64,000 nt of DNA. It comes from Eledone cirrhosa. Taxonomy: Eukaryota. Numbering within the stretch: the first letter of the stretch is position 1; each line of letters starts with the position of its first letter. The stretch spans positions 305,908,001 to 305,972,000 of the forward strand of contig OZ024742.1 in assembly GCA_964016885.1 (NCBI GenBank), written 5' to 3'. Position numbers and translations under genes: made by a program. Below are positions 1-17,448 of this stretch, piece by piece. The notes below the pieces were generated by a model, which was given only the letters and a program-made list of their open reading frames with translations, had not been told where the DNA came from and ran no database searches.

Positions 1-420
1 TTCCGCCATTATTCTGCCAATTTGCAACGATTAGGCAATGCGTACATTAGTCTGAAATAATCAAAATAACATTATAAATTGATAATATACAAAATTGCAT
101 GAGATAATGCATAGGGAGCTAAGAAAAAAAGACTTTTGTGTAAAATGTGGGATTCTGGAACACCCTAATAGACACACGCATACAACCAAATGCTATAAGG
201 AACATACGTATTGAGAGATATTCGTTTAAAATATGCAGAATCTCGGTAAGATAATAGTAAAACTGCACATACAGGGTGACAAAATATAATGTATACACAC
301 TTTGATTACCTGTACAGGCAATATTTATTAGAATGCTGTTGAAGTATGTATACAAATAAGTAAGTGACATAGTCACTACTTTAAAACTTATAGCGACTGG
401 TCTTCTAAATGTTTTTAATT
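1..420 (-). pseudogene. possible decayed Methuselah-like/adhesion-type GPCR fragment (TM2-TM3 region)
   Basis: Minus frame reads KTFRRPVAISFKVVTMSL...LINIACTGNQSVYTL...QFYYYLTE, loosely like the ICL1/TM2/ECL1/TM3 pattern of this family; short, with stops; by-eye resemblance only. Confidence 0.3.
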
Positions 421-707
421 AAACATACAGTATATTGCCAAATATACTAGACATACATTACATCATCTGTGATTTTAAGGTACTGATTGAGTCCAAAGGT
501 TGACATTTTCCATGACAGCTCACACTTGATCATTCCTCTACCATCGTTTTGTCTAGGGGGATAAAGGGGATCTACAACACAAAACGACAATTGTAATTAA
601 ATTAAATATAAGCCATAATCCATTTCTTTGTTAATATAGTTAATACATTAAGACAATTAATGCTTTTCTGCGCGACTTAAGGCTCACCTTGTATTATAAT
701 AGGTTGG

Positions 708-1005
708 CTCCTTCTTCTTCTTCTTCTTCTTCTTCTTCTTCTTCTTCTTCTTCTTCTTCTTCTTCTCCTCCTCCTCCTCCTCCTCCTCCTCCTTTGCCCA
801 CTTATTCCTGAGAGGGGGGGGGGTCATGTGGTAAGAATCCTCAAACACTCCTTCCAGTGGGTTCTGTCAAAAGCAACCGTCTCCAAAGATACTGTCATGC
901 CTCAGGGAAGATTTATCTTTGACAAGAGAACTGACCTTATTTGCAAGTATTTTAACCAAGTCCCAGTGTTTCTCTTTTTCTGCCATACGTCTAGATCGCC
1001 CTCTC
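708..1005 (-). mobile_element. RTE-type LINE 3' end remnant with (GAG)n(GAA)n tail
   Basis: Minus strand encodes ...TVSLETVAFDRTHWKECLR (RTE-like C-terminus) followed by the (CTT)n/(CTC)n tract at 708-793. Confidence 0.4.
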
Positions 1006-1630
1006 AGTTTCTCTATGATTATACCTTAAAAATAATAAATATTGATTCTACCGTAGGAATAAGATCTCATCATTTATTGGGTTAGGGGTATAATCTATTA
1101 TTTCGTGCCAAATATTTCACTGATATTCTACATAAACAGAAAGAAAGGAAGAGATTATGATGCTGTCAAAATGTCACATTGCGAAAATCTAGTTAACAAA
1201 ATGGCCATTGATGCAGCAGTTGTTAAACCTTCTAAGCCTCTCGCAATAAACAAAGCCAAAGACGAGAGAAAATAACATTTGCTTCATTTATAAAAAACTT
1301 CCATATTAGCTAAAGCTAATAGATGTGCTGGAGTAGAAAAAAAGGTGTCAAGTTGGCAGGAAACAAATCTAAGAGACATCTAGGAAGAAAATATGGGTAC
1401 TGTGATAACCAAAAGCATTGCAAATATATAGGAAAGGTCTACTTTATGGGGAAGTGAGGGAGTTTCTTGTTGAGGCTGGCTCCCTAACACCAAACAAAAA
1501 TGTTATGAAGTGGTAAGAAACCAGGTATGGGTTAAGAACAGTTTTGATAAAAATGCTTGCCCAGAAGAGATTTAAGAAGTAAGATAATCAGGTAACTGGC
1601 TATAGATCACTTAATATAGTAACTAATTCA

Positions 1631-1870
1631 CATGCCTTAATGGTTAGATCGTTGGGCTTACAATCGAGAGGTTGTGAGTTCGATTCTCGGACCGGCCTTT
1701 GCGTTGTGTTCTTGAGCAAGACACTTTATTGCACATTGCTTCAGTTCACACAGCTATAAAAATGAGTTGTGACGTCACTGGTCCCAAGCTCTATCGGTCT
1801 TTGTCTACAACATTGGTGACGTGGAGAGCGGATAACGGTATGCATGGGCGACTGCTGGTCTTCCACAAAC
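1631..1870 (+). mobile_element. tRNA-derived SINE with CORE-like central domain
   Basis: A-box-like TGCCTTAATGGTTA, B-box GAGTTCGATTC (1676-1686), then GTTGTGTTCTTGAGCAAGACACTT...CAGCTATAAAAATGAG resembling the CORE domain. Confidence 0.75.
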
Positions 1871-2647
1871 TGTGTCTGGAAAGAAGTTCTACAGTAATGT
1901 CTAACAGCTATCACTCTCTTTTAATTGAAATGCATTTCAGTTTCGTTTTAATTGCTAGAAAAGGGACACTACAAAAACCCAAGAAGTCTACAGCAAAACA
2001 ACAATATAGTGAAAGTCAACTCTTCATATTGGTAAATGTAATTCATTCATTCCCAACAGCAGCATCTATTTTCAAATTCACTGGTTGAAGCTTCCCCTCG
2101 ACATTCTCACGTGAAGACTCATGGGACATTTTCCGTCAACAGTTTCATCGGTTTTCCAACTTCATTATCGCCTTTTTTCAAAAATGTATCATGGATTATT
2201 TTACTGATTACAGAAGTAAGTGTAACACAGTCTTTTTGTTCAATTTATGTTCATATTGTCAATATACTTTTCAATTTATGTATCATATCTATATGCATAT
2301 ATATTTGCGTATGATATCAATATGCACATTACATATGCTAGTAAATATAATTACCTCAAACAAGTCCATTAGTCTCTACTCTACTGCATCTACAACTTTT
2401 ATATTTATCGTTATATATATATTAGTATAAGCAAGTATTGCACCAAGAAAAATATAAACATCAGCGAGAGATGAGATTAGGAATTTATTTGCTTTAACAT
2501 TTGTTTCTGGACCTATATACCATATTCTCCTGCTTGGATATTTATGCTATATGATTCAAAGTACACCGTCGAGTCAAACTCTCTGGTAAGCAGTTTTCTT
2601 GTTTAAGCATTCATTCATAATATACATAAACAGAACCTTATCTATCG

Positions 2648-5740
<3,093 letters not shown>

Positions 5741-6910
5741 ATGTAAGAGTACAAGTTGAGAGAGGAGGGAAGTGAGAGACGGGAGCGAGCGAGAGAGACT
5801 GCGAAATAGAGAGGCAAAGAAAAAGAGATATATACAGAGAAAAGTGGGTTTAACAGAGAAGGGCGAGGACAGCTGCATCAGGGATAGACAGCAAATGTGT
5901 GTTCGTATATTTGCAACGTGTGAGGAATTGATCACATATTTCGAGGAGGGGAACATTAAGTAAATTAGAAATAAAGATGTTTATTAGGGAGTGTGTTGAA
6001 AGGCCCTTCTTTTCTCGGAGTATTAACAATAATAAAAATAATAATAAGCCTACTCATAAATAAAGACACAAGGTATGTAGCAACGGTATTATGTAGGGTG
6101 AGTATGACGTGAGGGTGGAGTAAAAACTAAGAAAAGACTGACAGTTGATGAATAGAAAGCGGTGGATGGGTAGAAGTTGAAGAAATGAAAAAGGAATATA
6201 GTAGTGTTTTGAAAACGTGGTTTGAATCCTAATAGATGGTTAAGACAAGTGGTAGAAAAAGAAAGAAAGTAACATTAAGTTGGGGTGGTGGGTAGAAATG
6301 TTATGTATTAGAATAAAGAAGAAAAGTAAGTAAAATAAATACAAACAAATAAAGTAGTGATGTAAAATTCGACATACTAATGGATGCAGGTTTGAAGGAA
6401 AATGAAGGAACGGAAAAGTTGCAAAAAGGTTAGACGGCTAGAGTATAAAAGGTGAACGGAGCAGGTGAAGATAAAGGAAGGAACTAAGAAGCAGCAGAAA
6501 AGAAAAGCAGGAAGACGAAAGTGACAAAGAAAAGTATCGATATTTTGGAATCAGTAGGTTGTCAGAAGACGGGTCAATGTCAATTATCTAACCCATCAGA
6601 TAGATCTTCAATGAAACTAAAACGTTGTGTAAGATTCTGACTCATTCAGAAATGTCGTATTAAGTTTAACGTTAGCACATAACGTGATATGAACTTCACA
6701 GTGCTTTAAATTATGTATTTTGAACTTATTGTTCTATCAACGTAGTTCACACATAAACATATTGTTAATCATGCGCATTTACTTATCACGGAAAATGGTG
6801 ACTTTTAATTTGTTTATGTCACATACGTGGCAGTGATTTACATGCTATTAATTCTCCTTTAGGACTACATGATTCTATGGTTGTCGCCTCAGAGTGTAAA
6901 TATATATATA

Positions 6911-7099
6911 ATGGTTTCTTATATAGGCATAAGGTCAGCAATTATCCAGTGTATTACTGGTACTTTATTTTATCGACCCCGTAAGGATGAAAGGCAAAGT
7001 TAACCTCGGCGGGATTTGAACTCAGACCATAAATGGCCGTAACTCTTTGCTGCAAAGCATGGCGTCCTAGCATCTACCGATACTGCCAATCCACCGCCT
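6911..7099 (-). mobile_element. tRNA-derived SINE, main family of this window
   Basis: Reverse complement has TGGCAGTATCGG A-box, GAGTTCAAATCCC B-box and CTTTGCCTTTCATCCTTACGGGGTCGATAAAATAAAGTACCAG central domain (Meta-SINE-like). Confidence 0.9.
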
Positions 7100-7119
7100 T
7101 TATATATATAATGTGTTGT

Positions 7120-7376
7120 TGACAGGTAAGAAAGCACCCAGTCCAGACTGTAAAGTGGTCATGCTGGTGACACAACAAAAACACGCACTATTCACTATAA
7201 ATGAGGTTTGCGTTAGGAAGGGTATTCAGTTGTAGCAACCAAGCCAAAATAAGTTCTGTATGTGTAAGACATGGTCACCTGACCTAGCATTGCCCACAGC
7301 TGGGCAACTCGTCTAACCCACGCTAGCGTGGAATAATTGACGTAAAATGGTGATGTGATGATGATGATGATGATGA

Positions 7377-7380
<4 letters not shown>
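7120..7380 (+). mobile_element. 3' part of a second SINE family with (GAT)n tail
   Basis: GGTTTGCGTTAGGAAGGGTATTCAG motif, AACCCACGCTAGCGTGGAA...GACGTAAAA tail then (GAT)n; same tail recurs at 24941-24978. Confidence 0.6.
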
Positions 7381-7453
<73 letters not shown>

Positions 7454-8933
7454 AGTGTGTGGAAAAATACCAGATACTTGGGGTAGTAGACAGGATAATA
7501 TGAAAAGATTCAGGACCCCGACGGTTCATCTCTAGTCGTTTTAACAAATACATCCGACCGCGTACATATATAGTGGGATCGAATTATGAAATTATGAAGA
7601 AGAAAATGAAGGTTAGGTGTATCATATTTATGTTTGACACAATACACATTTCGCCACCTTTCTGGTCAAAGTGAGGTTGACAAAGCATGTAAAGTGTGGG
7701 ACTGTCCGATCTTGCATTAACAAAAGAAAATCAAGACGCAATGGTTTGGTTCAATTTGCTTCAAGTAGATGTTAACATGTTGATGTTCTTCTCAGGTCTG
7801 TTAAGAGTAAAGGGTGTGAACTTTTAAAATTGTTAGAATTTCGGTATTTGTTTCAGCTCCTTGATCAACATGATCACTTCTCTTTCCGTGGTTGATATAT
7901 ACATAGTACAAGTCTCTGTCGCTCGATTACTGGATTTTTCGGAGCATCGAGAGTGATGGCTTTCGGTAATCCTTCAAGCTTTTTGTGCTTTAAATCCATA
8001 TCACTCCGTGACCTAATTGGGTTGTAGACATATGATGTGGTTCCATTTATGACAAACCCTAGGACTTTAGTAGAGACCAATCTGTTGCATGCATTTCATC
8101 CAAATATCTGATTTTAGGATACGTTCCTCCATTCTACAACCCTTGCAATTTCTAAGGAACTGAAAAGCAACTGTTTGAACTTCAATTCACATTTGTTTAT
8201 TCCTTAAATTAAAGGCAAATTAACGTTAACACACGCGCACATTCACATATATAAAAATATATAATATATCTTAGAATTAAAAAGAGAGATCAGAATTTGC
8301 TTAGCATATCTGAAATCATTCCTACATGTCTGGCCTTCTGGAGTATTAGTAGTGTAAACCTGATGAGAAATATAGACTCTCTTCCTAGGTTTCTGGTTCT
8401 CTGAGTGGGTGAGGTATTATTTCCTTGGGCAAAGTACTTTCTGTCACGTTACTCCAGGCAGACCAGATGGAACCATAGTTCCAGTAGCAGTAGCAGGAGC
8501 AGCAGCAACAACAGCAGCTACTGAGAGTTAATTTGTGATGCATCTCGACTCTCAGTCGCTTAAGGCCTCACGAAACCTGAATAAACTGCAGCCTGATGTG
8601 TATGCTAAAGAGATATTTCAAATAAATTAATGTTTATATAGAAATTTATTGTACGGCAGGTAACATCCCCAGACAATCTATCACCTACTTTCCAAATCGA
8701 GGTGAACTAAGCTATAGAAAATTGAGTGCACCGTCTAAATACTATCTAAATACACAAATAGTTACTCCAGTTTTATACATCATTAAACTATTCCATTATC
8801 TTCTAAGATATTTTTTATTTATAATATTAGATATCATAAATCCTTTACGAGAATCATGAAGAGATACTGAATAGCTTCAGTCCTATTGTTGAGAAGATAT
8901 AAAGATATAATGATCGCCCGAGCTGTTCTGCGA

Positions 8934-9130
8934 GAGAACGTGTCGCAGCACAAGTTTGAATTAAGCTTTGTACGTGAGCTGTGCTTCACTAAACTAGAGA
9001 ACGTGTGGCAGGATACGTATTAATTAAGATTTGTGCATGAGAGAGTACTTTACAAAATTAGTGAGTGTGTCGCAAGATACGTATAAATAAAGCTTTGCAC
9101 GTGAGATATACTTATTCCACAAACCTAGAC
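8934..9130. repeat. degenerate ~63-64 bp minisatellite, 3 copies
   Basis: GAGAACGTGTCGCAG...AAGCTTTGTACGTGAG...AAACTA unit at about 8934, 8997 and 9061. Confidence 0.8.
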
Positions 9131-9579
9131 AAATTTATGAATTATAGAATAAAGTGTATTACTCTGAAATAACAAAGCAGCAGCTGGATACTTGAACTCA
9201 TAACTAACAAACAGTCTTATATCTTACCCACTCTTATATTTCATCTCCATAATATCTCTACGATAGATGTTCTAGATATATTTCAGTGTTTTTTTCACTA
9301 TGAGATCTTGCAATCAACTATATCAACAGAGAATTTCAATTTTCTCAAGATAATTAAAACAGTATACCTACAAATATTTGTTGAATGTCCTCAACTTTGA
9401 TTAACGTGAGGTGCAGAAAAATCTGAGAATTTGGGTTAAAACTCTTCGCCAGAATGTGCTCAAGTTAGCTTTTACAACATTCTCACAGCAAATGAACTTA
9501 TTAACATCGAACAAAGTTCGCTGGTTATACTATTAAAATTTATACCATTGCCCTATAGGAAGATTATCACCAGTTTCGG

Positions 9580-10092
9580 CAGAGTCCACTTCTATGTCGT
9601 CCCTCGACCTGCTAGAATTAACGGCCAAACTTTCCTCAAATTATATGCTACCATATTAACCTGGAAGAATTATATTAGGTAGTGTTGTCTGGCCGAAATA
9701 GTGTTGATCCTAGTTCGGCTTTACCAAAGGTGAAAAACAGAAACAACCAAAACAACAAATGTTTCACAAAAAAGCAAATATAAATAGAGGGAATGAATAA
9801 TGTAAAAATGTGTGTATAAGCCAACCGATTATCAACGGAATCCATTCATAACCGTCCAATCTTAAATTGTTTCTTTTCTAGTAAGAGTGTAAATAGGACT
9901 ACGTTATCTAATGTAATCTTTAACATTTTTAAAGCTTTGGCTATCTTGGAGAAAGTAGGAGGGAGGTGCAGATTATATCTAAGACTATATCATTCAATGT
10001 GGTCTGTCCTTCGTTTAATATGTTAAACTTCCATTTGAAGAAATTTGCCTGCTATTTCTAGCATATTTAGAGACTATATAGAAGCTCTGTCA
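9580..10092. mobile_element. old MITE-like element with imperfect inverted ends
   Basis: CCTCGACCTGCTAGAATTAACGGCCAAACTTTCCTCAAA (9602-9640) is an imperfect reverse complement of TTTGAAGAAATTTGCCTGCTATTTCTAGCA (10034-10063); related pieces near 10740, 44745, 48000. Confidence 0.45.
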
Positions 10093-10994
10093 TTGGCATC
10101 ATTGGAGGTCACATTAGTAAATAATCTCGGCCGAATCCTGCAACATACGTTCTGCATATTCATCAGTTTCGATTGAAAAGTAAGCCAGAACCTAGTGATG
10201 ATAAACGATTGTAGTGTAGTAGCTAATACAAACAATGAGACATTTCATCAATCACCCTTTGACCTTGCCTAAAATCTCTTCTAGATAGCATTCACAATGA
10301 ACAGTTATTGATTCTTTCTGACTTGTTTCAACTTTGTCTATTGTAGCTTTTACTTCTTCTACTCTCTATTGTCGTTCACCTAACGTTCATGGCATTGTTC
10401 CGGTAACATAATAATGGCTTTCATTATTTGTCGCTGCTGTTCTTACAGATGTTATTGTTTCTTGTGGTGTTTTTATTTTTGTTGTTATGGTTTTTGTATT
10501 TATTATTGTTCTTGCTGTTGATAAAAAGGATGTTATTGTTTCTTAGATAGTTTACCTGTCCATCGTTGTAGTAATACTTGTATATGTCTAAGTTTTGTTG
10601 TTTAACCCCTTGTCTACCCTGATCGAGGAGAAATATGATGAAAACCCTTTGCAAGTGCAAATATGTTCATTTTTCTTTATATCATGGGCTACATTATCCG
10701 GTGTGGCCCACCGTTTGCTTTTCATTAAAGAAAACAGTGTCAGATTTGAAGGAGATTGTCTACCATTTGAATCCGATCGAGCCCCAACGTAGATGACCTT
10801 TCGTTAGCTCTGATAGATGTAATTTGGTGATATATCATGTAATTTGTGTAGAGATGTGAGAGACAGGTGTTGTTGATTTTAGTCTAGGGTTACCACTGGT
10901 GCTGACCTCAGTGTCACATGAAACAATAATAATACGTAGAGTGGATTTGTTAAAGACAAATTTAAGACAATGGCAATAGAAAGAATGAAAACTA

Positions 10995-11219
<225 letters not shown>

Positions 11220-11997
11220 TCAGCCGCTGGTTGCTGGTGTCATTTGTGTATTAAAAAATGTAATACAAATACTAACAATAAACATTATTCTTAGTTTTAT
11301 TTATAATATTAGTTAGGACCGGCCATTTTGATGCCTTTGACGTTCCATTTAAACTGTGTACCATCTATGACTGAAAGATAAATATGTGTCAGAGGTAATT
11401 CTAGAATATAGGGCAAGGCGTAGGTATTCATGAGGATTGCACGTTATTGGACCCAGTATTGTTGAAGATAGACGAAACGAGACAATCGACAGTGCCTGAG
11501 AGAATGAGAAGCGAGACGAACAAATTCCATGAAGTAAGACTCAATCTAGTAGCAATCGAACAATGAAAATAGACAGCACGTTTTTGAGCTACATTTTACA
11601 GTTTATGTGAGTGAATTCGTGTCATACAACAAAGTGATCTTATATAGATTAGGATATATGTGTTTGCAAAAAATCACCGTCTCGGTTGTGGAAAGAGTAC
11701 TTCAATGTTTGTATCACCAGTGATATGTCGACGTTATAGATACTGGGGGTCTGGGTGAGGTATGTTTTAGGTCTTCACAGTATTGTGTTTATGTAGTCTC
11801 AGCAGAGATTCACCATGATAGTGAGGCCTACATTTTGGAGCGATCGATAATATATAAATATGAAAAAATAAGAATACGGACATTGTTCGACAGCTAATGG
11901 AAAACTGAAACGAAGGGCAACTGAAATATATATATATATATTTACATATGTGTCTGTGTATGTAAAGATATATGTATGTATATAATTATACACACAC

Positions 11998-12098
<101 letters not shown>

Positions 12099-13254
12099 AT
12101 TGGTCAAGATAATATTACTGTTATTTATGTAATGATACTGATCCACCTTCTGATTTTGCTTCATAGTGACGTCAAGCATCATGACACCAAGGTGGTTTCA
12201 TATCATTACCCAGCAATATATTGGACGTGGATACTTGCGTTGGAAATACAATCGTTGTTTATTCCTCCTTTTGAATAATTCTATCTATTTATCTATCTTC
12301 GCCGATATCTTTCTATATGCATATATTATTACATTTTTTTAGCTCCCCATCAGATTGGATCTAGGAAAATGTCTCCGGCAGACATCTCGCTGCTGTTATA
12401 CTTGTATGTAGGTAGATATATAGTTCAAGATAAACAAGACAAACACAAATATATCATAATATAAAATCCTTTTTAGTTTTACACTAGCTAGAAGAGAAAT
12501 ATTTCAGCTTATCAGATGTCAGTCCTTCGTCGGGAAAGTATACTGTTTGGAGAAAGAGATTGGAAGGTTGTGTCTATATGTATATATATATATATATATG
12601 TGCGTGTGTGTGTGTGTGTGTGTGTGTGCATGCACGCGTGCGTGTGTGTGTGTGTATATGTGTGTGCATGCGCGCGTGCGTGTGTGCGTGTGTGTGTATA
12701 TGTGTGCGCGTATCTGTTTATTTTCCTGGGTAACTTTTGTTGTTGTCGGTTTAATCTTCAAATGTTGTCTATGCTGTTTCTTCACGCACCTTCTAAATCG
12801 ATAAATGAGTTGGTATTCCGAAACAATAACATAATTTCATATATCTTTCAGCAAACATAAGACTACCACGAGTAAAGTAACTCGTGTTGCCTTCGCGCAA
12901 AAATGACATCTATATAAAAGTGCATTCAAATGTATGTATGTGTCTAAACGAGGCTGATAATCTCAGTGCGTTCTACTTTATGAGTATTTCACTGTTTGTA
13001 TAGAATATGAGAGTTCCTAATTTCGTTGAGCTTTCCAGAAGATTTTAGCTTTTCAATTAAGTATTAATATGTGTCATGTGTTGATCTCATTTTGTAAGAA
13101 GTAGGATTACTTTGATTGTTATGTTGTTAATTGTTATATTACTGCTGACTTCGAACTGTTTACTACTCAGTGAAGACATATTCGTGCAAATTTAGAATGC
13201 TTTAGTTTCTTTCTTATTAGTATATGCTAAATGCGACATGTATGAAGATGAACA

Positions 13255-13389
<135 letters not shown>

Positions 13390-13542
13390 GGGATCTGATG
13401 ATAACGGTGCTTAAATCTCCTAGCTTTGTGGGTAATAGTGTTGAATGTTTTGCTGTACATTCATGCTTTCCTGTCAATTTTCTTATTTAGTTGCGCTAAA
13501 GTGATTCGTGATTACCACTTCTTCCAGGTGTTTGCTGTCCCA

Positions 13543-13605
<63 letters not shown>

Positions 13606-14525
13606 TTGTCCATGACTGAACCGGCAACTCCAGCAAGATTGCTTGGTGAGGATGGTGATACTGTACATCATGTAGAGTGATAAACAAAACCCATGAAACG
13701 GTGGAGGATCTCATGCGTGTCAACGGCCATTCAAGTGTGTGTATATATCTATATAATTGTGTGTGAGTGTGTGCGTTTAATTTTATTTTTATATATCTTT
13801 CTAACCTTTTAACTGTATTACAATCCCTTTAACTTTCAAAATGTTAATGGGATTGGAAGGTTCTTGGGCTACGAATACAGAAATAAACAGACCCAGACAA
13901 AACCAAGTATCCGGGAACCACTCTCCCAGGGTTACGGTGAAGCGATGTGTTTTCAGTGAGGTGAAGGGTGAACTACGGCAGATGAAGTCAACTCAGAATC
14001 GATGGCGTATGTCATCTGATGCTGAGTGGAAGAAACTCCTTTGTCAACCGTCAGTATAATAAATTCAACGAACTGCTGCAACTCATCTACAGGAATGGAG
14101 TCTGCAGATGAGAAACATAGGAAAGTTCAATGGGAGTGAAGAACCCCAAGTCGTTGTTACGGCATTTTTCTATGATATGAAACTCTGAAGCAAAACCTCC
14201 GATTTACCTGATTGCTGATCATGTTAATAGGCTTTAAGCTTGTCTCTAGATAATAAATCAATGAGACTTCATATTGATGTTAGTAAACTGACACAATCTG
14301 GTACTGTTCAAACCATATCGAATAGCTTACTATGGTTTAGGATAAGCGGGGTTCTTGAGTCCTCTTTGAATGATACTCCCCACCACCTATCGTGGAATTT
14401 TCATTGTTATAATTTTATTATTTGTTACATCCTTATTACTCTATTTCATGTCAACCACTACTGTCCTTGGTTTTCTATTGTCCTTTATGTTGGCCCTTGG
14501 AACCAATGAAGAAATTATTATTATT

Positions 14526-14715
14526 GTGGATTGGCAGTATCGGCAGAGAGTCGGACGCCATGCTTTCCAGCATAGTTACGTCCCTTTACGGTCTGAGTTC
14601 AAACCCTGCCGAGGTTTACTTTGCCTTTCATCCTTACGGGGTCGATAAAATAAAGTACCAGTAATGTACTGGTTTATTGCTGGCCTTGTGCCTAAAAGTA
14701 GAAACAATTATTATT
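14526..14715 (+). mobile_element. main-family SINE with 12-bp TSD
   Basis: A/B boxes, central domain; ATTATTATTGTG at 14517-14528 and 14707-14718. Confidence 0.9.
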
Positions 14716-14784
14716 GTGCTTCAGTTGCAATTCCTCCTCCTCCTCCTCCTCCTCCTCCTCCTCCTCCTCCTCCTCCTCCTCCTC

Positions 14785-14835
<51 letters not shown>

Positions 14836-15494
14836 AATATTTGCTACAATAGATAGCAGTCACTATATGACCTCACATGACCTCCCCAAGTGATTTTGAA
14901 GAAGCAGATTTATGACACGTCGTGTGTATGTCAGTGTGTTGTGAAGTGAATGATCTGACCAATAAACGATCGATTTAACCCTCAGCCTCAGTTGCTGACA
15001 GGAAGTCAACAGTGTTGGGTTCACATATAAATATCAAACATGTGAGTGGAGAAGAAGAGGAACAAAGGGAGACAAAACTGGTGATAGACAAAGAGCGGAC
15101 AGAGAAAGAAGGGTAGAGAGGGCGAGAGAAGGAAGAGAAAGATAGATAGATATAAAGAGAGAAAGACAAGCAGAGAGAGAAAGTGAGAGTGAGAGGAAGA
15201 GAAATGAGAGTTGAGAGAGAATGGAGAAAGTGGGGGAGAAAGAAAAATTCGGAGAGAAAGATAGCGGACGAGAAAAAAGGGTGGAAAGAAGGTTTAGACG
15301 GACAAAGAAAGAGGAAGGGGGAAAGATGGGTGCGGAGAAGGAGGGGGACGTATAAGAAGACCAGTAGCTTGAAATGTTTGAGAAAATGCAATGATTTAGT
15401 AACGTGCTGTTAAGTGGTAGATACTGATTTAGAGGAGGGACTACATTGATGCTACATCCACTACTAGCACCACCAAACTACTACTACTACTACA

Positions 15495-15559
<65 letters not shown>

Positions 15560-15582
15560 CACTACTACTACTACTACTACTC

Positions 15583-16675
15583 TCACCACCCTCACCTTCC
15601 TTTCCAAGAGAAATTTGAAAAAGTTGATGACGGATTGGCCGAAGAGAAAAGTGTCTGTCTTCAGTTCTTTCAACCTCGTCCACCATACAACCTCTTTCGC
15701 TACTGCCACCTAACAGAGGAAAATTGCCTGCCCTTCCTGGACAAAAGAAGGCAGCGGGTCGATCTTCACTATGGATTCGGCCGTTAGCCAGATCCGTTCT
15801 ACATGCGACAACAGCTGCTCGACATAACTCTACGAGTCAGTAATGCACGGACACTAGACGAGTGCCAGTCACCCGTCTCGGTCTCTTCTTGGTCAAAGAG
15901 ACGAGCTGCGGAAAGGCCTATCTGACAATCGGCGACCACACCTGTTCACCGTTGAGGCAGAATATCTGGAGATGCCGCAGCCTCAGCGAATGTCTGCGCA
16001 TTATTAGCCACGGCAGTGGATTGGCAGTATCGTTAGAGGGTCGGACGCGATGCTATGACGCAAAGAGTTACAGCCCTTTCCATTCTGAGTTCAAATTCCG
16101 CCAAGGTTAATTTTGCCTTTCATCCTTACGGTGTCGATAAAAGAAAGTACCAGTAATGTACTGGATAATTGCTGGCATTGTGCCAAAAGTAGAAACAATT
16201 ATTAGCCACGGCAAGCCCAGCCCTCCGCGTAGAGGGTGCTGGAAGCAGATAGACTGCCTCACCAATGTAACCTGTCCCCTCCACAAGAATTTGAAGAGGA
16301 GCGTTCCAGCTTGGAGAGGCGCGGACGGGGGCTAGGGACGACGGTCAGGCGGTAGTAGATGACGGACGCGATGCACGCATTTGCCATCTCCACCCGAATC
16401 AGTGATAGCTTCCTAGCAGCCCATTTCTGGATGAAACTGGCTACCTTGCCCGTCATCTCGTCCCAATTCTTATGCACCTGGAGTTCTGGTCCGAACTAAA
16501 CCCCGAACATTTTATCGGTCTGTCCGTCCAGCGCCCAACGACGCTGTTGGCCGGCATTGTCTTTCCTCTCCAAATGCCGAGGTGCAAGCCCACCGATATT
16601 CCAGGTTAAGTTTTGCTCCCGTCAACCTTTCATATTCCTCCAATAAGTTGCAGACCACCGCGATTTCGAGGTGTC
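15583..16675 (-). mobile_element. decayed L1-Tx1 ORF2 3' fragment interrupted by a SINE
   Basis: VAKEVVWWTRLKELKTD, GLGLPWLIMRRHSLRLRHLQ and IYYRLTVVP match ORF2 of the Tx1 at 23.4-24.4 kb. Confidence 0.85.
16016..16200 (+). mobile_element. main-family SINE with 16-bp TSD
   Basis: ATTATTAGCCACGGCA at 16000-16015 and 16198-16213. Confidence 0.92.
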
Positions 16676-16693
16676 CAATAATAATAATAATAA

Positions 16694-17318
16694 TAAATGT
16701 TTTTACTTTTGGACCAAAGCCAGTAAATTACCCCAGTGTATTACTACTACACCATGTTATCGACTCCGTAAGGATGAAAGGCAATATAAAAATAATGCTT
16801 TCTTTATTAACCACAACGGTTGACATAAAGTATGACATTAAAGAAGGTACAGGACCGTACAAATGGACATTTCTGCGTGTAAAAAGAAAAAAAATAGATA
16901 AAATATAATTGTTTCTACTTTTGGCACAAGGCCATCAATTACTCTGTACATTACTGGTACTTTATTTTATCGACCCCGTAAGGATGAAAGGCAAAGTTAA
17001 CCTCGGTGGGATTTGAACTCAGACCGCAAAGGGACGTAACTATGCTGGAAAGCATGGCGTCCGACCCTCTACCGATACTACCAATAAAATATAATGATAA
17101 TCATTTCTAGTATAGGCAGAAGGCCAGCAATTTGGCGGGAGGGGAAAGTTCACTAAATTGACCCCCCAGTGCTGACTGGTACTTTATTTTATCGACCTAG
17201 TAAGGATGAAAGGCAAAGCTAACCTTGTTGGCATTTAAACTCAGAACGTAAATGACTGTAACTCTATGCCCCTGAGCATGTTGTCTGATGCTCTACCGAT
17301 TTTACCCATCCAGCGCCT
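16694..17318 (-). mobile_element. cluster of three main-family SINEs (partial 16694-16784; 16907-17085; long variant 17100-17318)
   Basis: Repeated ATCGACCCCGTAAGGATGAAAGGCAAAG core with reverse-complement B-box in the two full copies. Confidence 0.85.
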
Positions 17319-17336
17319 CATACACACACGCCCACG

Positions 17337-17400
<64 letters not shown>

Positions 17401-17407
17401 TATATAG

Positions 17408-17448
<41 letters not shown>

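Noticed and set aside
1631-1700. Functional tRNA genes here, in SINE heads, or at 46478-46545
   Set aside because: A/B boxes only; no complete cloverleaf, and they continue into repeat bodies
7760-8170. Possible ancient PLE coding remnant on the minus strand
   Set aside because: Only vague similarity; no diagnostic motif readable
8355-8400. CTGATGA/CTGAAGA hits here and near 13395, 17660, 25400-25450 as hammerheads
   Set aside because: No compatible stems or GAAA...UH arrangement found
8934-9130. CRISPR-like array
   Set aside because: Whole units are similar with no unique spacers; eukaryotic context, no cas genes
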